Positions 61,401-64,000 of a stretch of 64,000 bases of DNA are shown here, in pieces; the first letter of the stretch is position 1; each line of letters begins with the position of its first letter. The DNA is from Macrostomum hystrix (Eukaryota; Animalia; Platyhelminthes). The translations under genes were made by a program, and so were the position numbers. The notes under the pieces are model-generated. The model did not search any database, had not been told where the DNA came from, and saw only the letters and a list, made by a program, of their open reading frames with translations. The DNA lies in NCBI GenBank assembly GCA_950097015.1, contig CATNEN010000039.1, positions 3,410,001-3,474,000 on the forward strand, given 5' to 3'.

Positions 61401-64000
61401 GGCGTTTCGGATCTCGTGAATGAAGTAAAAAATAGAAAGAAGGCGCATTTAAATGCTAGGAGCATCGTCTATTGCGAGCGAGGCCGAGGCAGATTATGGA
61501 GATTACTAGCGGAAGCATCTGGTGGCAAGGCGACAAGTGGATTCGCTTAATTTTGCAAACACAGGCAGGACACGTGGCCTAATAGGTTTCTTTCTACTCT
61601 CTGACAAATGAGGGAGTAGAAAGAAGCGATAAAACAGCTCTCACTGGCCCGGAAGGAAATAAATATTAAGAGCGCACTCGATATATATGCACGGACTCAT
61701 TCGGGCAGGGGGGCTTTCAAACCCTCTGGAATAAAAAAAGCACTAATCAGCTGTCAAGCAGAGGTTCCTCCTATTTGTGTGGGAGATTCAGTGAACTGGA
61801 GTGGGCGTAGAACCACTGGGCGATCCTACTACTCAGCCCGTCTCGCCCTCAACCCCGAGTGCCAATCGTCCTTTGTGAGAAATGCGAAAGGAAATGCAGG
61901 AGCAACTAGAAAAAGAGAGTCAATCAGGCTAGGCAACTTTAAGCTAAGAGTTCACACTGATTGCTGCTTCATAAATTGCAATAATCACAGATACCGTACA
62001 CAGGTACAAACTGCTATCGGTGTGTACATCTGTTCAGACTTTCTCATCGTCAGGTAGTGCACACTCTCACTGTGCCTTGAGGGTTGGACCTCATGGCAGT
62101 GGCGGCGCAGGACCTCCAGCTGGGGGGGGGGCGGTGGTTGGGTGGTCACCCCCCTGAGGTCTCAGGTGACCACCCCCATGCCCCATGGGGTGACCACACT
62201 TTTGAAAAAATATGGTAAAGTACCAATTTTTTTTAAGTGGGTGGTCACCCCCTGAGGGTGGTGAGGGGTGGTCACCCGGGGGCAGCCCGCCCCCCCCCCT
62301 GCGCCGCCACTGCCTCATGGGAGCAAGTTTTCACGAGTCCCCAAGCCTTCTCTCCGCGGCTGCGCTACAAAGTAATGAGGCTTCGCCGCAGATTCAAGCC
62401 CACATTCGTGCGAAATTCATCAGGCCCGTTACTGCTTAGAAACTATCATTCCCTCCAATTTACTCCTAGTCACCCCATTCATTTTAATTCACCCATTCAC
62501 CCTCCTTCACTCCCATTCACTCATTTTACTCTTATTCACCTCATTCACTCCTATTCACCCCAATTCACTCCTATTCACCCCCATTCACTCTTATTCACCC
62601 CATTCACTCTTATTCACCCACATTCACTCTTATTCACCCCAATTCACCCCATTCACTTCTATTCACTCCCATTCACTCCTATTCACCCCCATTCACTCCT
62701 ATTCACCCCCATTCACTCCTATTCACCTCATTCACTCTTATTCACCCCAATTCATTTTAATTCACCCATTCACTCTCATTCACTCCCATAAGTGAGCAGT
62801 GGCAGCAATCGCACCTGGAGCACGCCGTAGGTCTGCAGGCTGAGCTCGCGAGTAGGCGAGATCACAATGCAGCCCGTCCCATTGCGCGGCTTGAACTCCA
62901 ACCGGCGCATGAGTTCAACGGCCGGCACAAGGAAGGCCAGAGTCTTGCCACTGCCAGTCTTGGCTGAGGCCATGAGGTCCCGGCCTTGCAGCAGGTGCGG
63001 AATGGAGCGGGCCTGGATGGGGGTCATGCCGCTCATGCCCATGTCACGGAGACCGGCCAGGGTGGCCTCACTAAGGCCTTCCAGGCTGGCAAAGTCAGCT
63101 GGCGATGTCGACGAATCGGCGACTTCATCTCCGTTGGCGGCTGCGGCGGTGGCGGTTGCTGCAGTTAGCCGGCCGCTGCCAGGCAGTAGGGGCTCGAACT
63201 GCGGACCGTCAGAGCCTTAAATTAGCATTATGAGTTTCATTCTGAGATTTTATGTATCCAATTGTGATAAATACTAAACTGAGACACGGGAGGAGAAGGG
63301 AAAAGTAGATCGACAGAATCAGGGTAGAAGTAGCGTGAATGGTAGGTTCAGAGTGAGAAGTAGATCGAGATACAATGGCGTGTAGAAGTAGCGTGAATGG
63401 TAGTTTGAGAGTGGGAAGTAGATCGAGAGACAATGGCGGAAGAAGTAGTGGGAATGGTAGGTTGAGAGTGGGAAGTAGATCGAGAGACTATGGCGTGTAG
63501 AAGTAGCGTGAATGGTAGGTTGAGAGTGTGAAGTAGATCGAGAGACAATGGCGGAAGAAGTAGTGGGAATGGTAGGTTGAGAGTGGGAAGTAGATCGAGA
63601 GACAATGGCGGAAGAAGTATCGTGAATGGTAGGTTGAGAGTGGGAAGTAGATCGAGAGACTATGGCGTGTAGAAGTAGCGTGAATGGTAGGTTGAGAGTG
63701 TGAAGTAGATCGAGAGACAATGGCGGAAGAAGTAGTGGGAATGGTAGGTTGAGAGTGGGAAGTAGATCGAGAGACAATGGCGGAAGAAGTAGTGGGAATG
63801 GTAGGTTGAGAGTGGGAAGTAGATCGAGAGACAATGGCGGAAGAAGTAGTGTGAATGGTAGGTTGAGAGTGAGAAGTAGATTGAGATACTGGCCCTCACC
63901 ATTGGTTTCCATGGCCTTAGGGGCTGACGCAGACTCTGCGGTGGATTTGCTCAGCTTAGAGACATCGGTCACAGTTGGCTGCTTTGACTTCTTGCCATCG
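49402..64000 (-). CDS. DDX18: DEAD-box RNA helicase DDX18/HAS1 (pitchoune); 5' end outside the window
   Basis: Exons >=64000-63900, 63215-62815, 56820-56429, 50524-50212, 49869-49402. Motifs [96 protein letters not shown]. Confidence 0.95.
49943..50180. repeat. 22-bp tandem array (gcggatattaggtgtgtggagg) in DDX18 intron
   Basis: About 10 copies. Confidence 0.93.
51527..56136 (+). mobile_element. Full-length young Ty3/Gypsy LTR retrotransposon (4.6 kb) in DDX18 intron, antisense to the host gene
   Basis: Apparently identical 185-bp LTRs at 51527-51711 and 55952-56136 (TG...CA). 5-bp TSD acaac. PBS-like tggcatcgc and PPT aagggggagaga. Domain order gag-PR-RT-RH-IN. Confidence 0.97.
51745..55732 (+). 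CDS. Gypsy gag-pol polyprotein with one frameshift near 52820
   Basis: Gag zinc knuckles [12 protein letters not shown] and [14 protein letters not shown]; protease LIDSGA; [11 protein letters not shown] and WIHDD; RNase H VDAGP and [10 protein letters not shown]; integrase HQGH..C..C, DFVGP, TDNGPPF, NGMTER. Confidence 0.93.
56150..56410. repeat. ~21-bp tandem array (acaaagacagacactgagaac), split by the Gypsy insertion
   Basis: The same unit is also present at ~51490-51526 on the other side of the element. Confidence 0.88.
56957..59566 (+). mobile_element. Internally deleted Ty3/Gypsy element (2.6 kb) in DDX18 intron
   Basis: 5' LTR 56957-57119 (truncated) and 3' LTR 59376-59566 (191 bp). 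TSD ctcgt. PPT agggggagaga. Only the RT C-terminus, RNase H (VDASP, YSQI) and integrase (HQGH, DVCGPF, TDNA, NGEVER) remain. Confidence 0.95.
59696..59840. mobile_element. Small fold-back element / MITE relic
   Basis: gtttggacact...agtgtccaaac termini, plus an inner 25-bp IR atttaccatagacagcgtgcaataa / ttattgcaagctgtctatggtaaat (1 mismatch). Confidence 0.55.
60790..61150. repeat. 56-bp tandem array (gtacatctgtagtggcagagggtaggctggagaaggctaggccggagggtgtgaat) x~6
   Basis: Regular period of 56. Confidence 0.95.
62018..62365 (-). mobile_element. SINE copy interrupted by a hAT MITE
   Basis: gactttctcatcgtcaggtagtg...gggttggacctcatgg, then after the MITE gagcaag...ccccaagccttctctccgcggctgcg. Confidence 0.75.
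62097..62312. mobile_element. hAT-type MITE (216 bp)
   Basis: Perfect 15-bp TIRs cagtggcggcgcagg / cctgcgccgccactg. Perfect 8-bp TSD cctcatgg at 62089-62096 and 62313-62320. Subterminal ggtcaccc / ggtgacc repeats. Confidence 0.92.
62455..62790. repeat. Degenerate 9-10-bp array (attcacccc / attcactcct) in DDX18 intron
   Basis: Repeated attcac cores. Confidence 0.85.
63300..63888. repeat. ~57-59-bp tandem array in DDX18 intron
   Basis: gaagtagatcgagagacaatggcggaagaagtagtgggaatggtaggttgagagtgg x~10, two alternating variants. Confidence 0.94.

Noticed and set aside
61760-61860. Possible HDV-like ribozyme or retroelement end
   Set aside because: GC-rich with some pairing, but the nested double pseudoknot could not be assembled by eye and no second copy occurs in the window.

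Overview
Eukaryotic (animal) genomic DNA with GT-AG introns. The style (GC-rich exons, AT-rich spacers, long introns packed with distinct minisatellites) suggests a flatworm such as Macrostomum, but this is inference only. Nine host genes were reconstructed by hand: an acetyl-CoA synthetase (ACSS1-like, minus strand) whose fourth visible exon is interrupted by an RT/RNase H non-LTR retrotransposon; a secreted PAN-like + fibrinogen-domain protein; HGSNAT; two intronless mini-SAXO/FAM154 paralogues separated by a decayed Gypsy element that contains a nested LINE fragment; a CAP/SCP (GAPR-1-like) protein lacking most cleft residues; an intronless FMRFamide-type peptide GPCR; NAA25 (NatB auxiliary subunit); and DDX18/HAS1, which carries two young Gypsy elements in consecutive introns. 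Also present are several copies of a tRNA-derived SINE, hAT-type and other MITEs, and about 25 tandem arrays. The most notable hypotheses are: (i) HGSNAT and NAA25 coding sequences begin at phase-0 CAGCAG acceptors without their own ATG, as expected if a trans-spliced leader supplies the start AUG, possibly with a DDX18-NAA25 operon; (ii) a LINE knockout of an ACSS exon; (iii) short SAXO paralogues differing in Mn-motif number; (iv) a shared CAGATCCC/GGGAT core across unrelated intronic minisatellites. No prokaryotic systems or CRISPR arrays are present.
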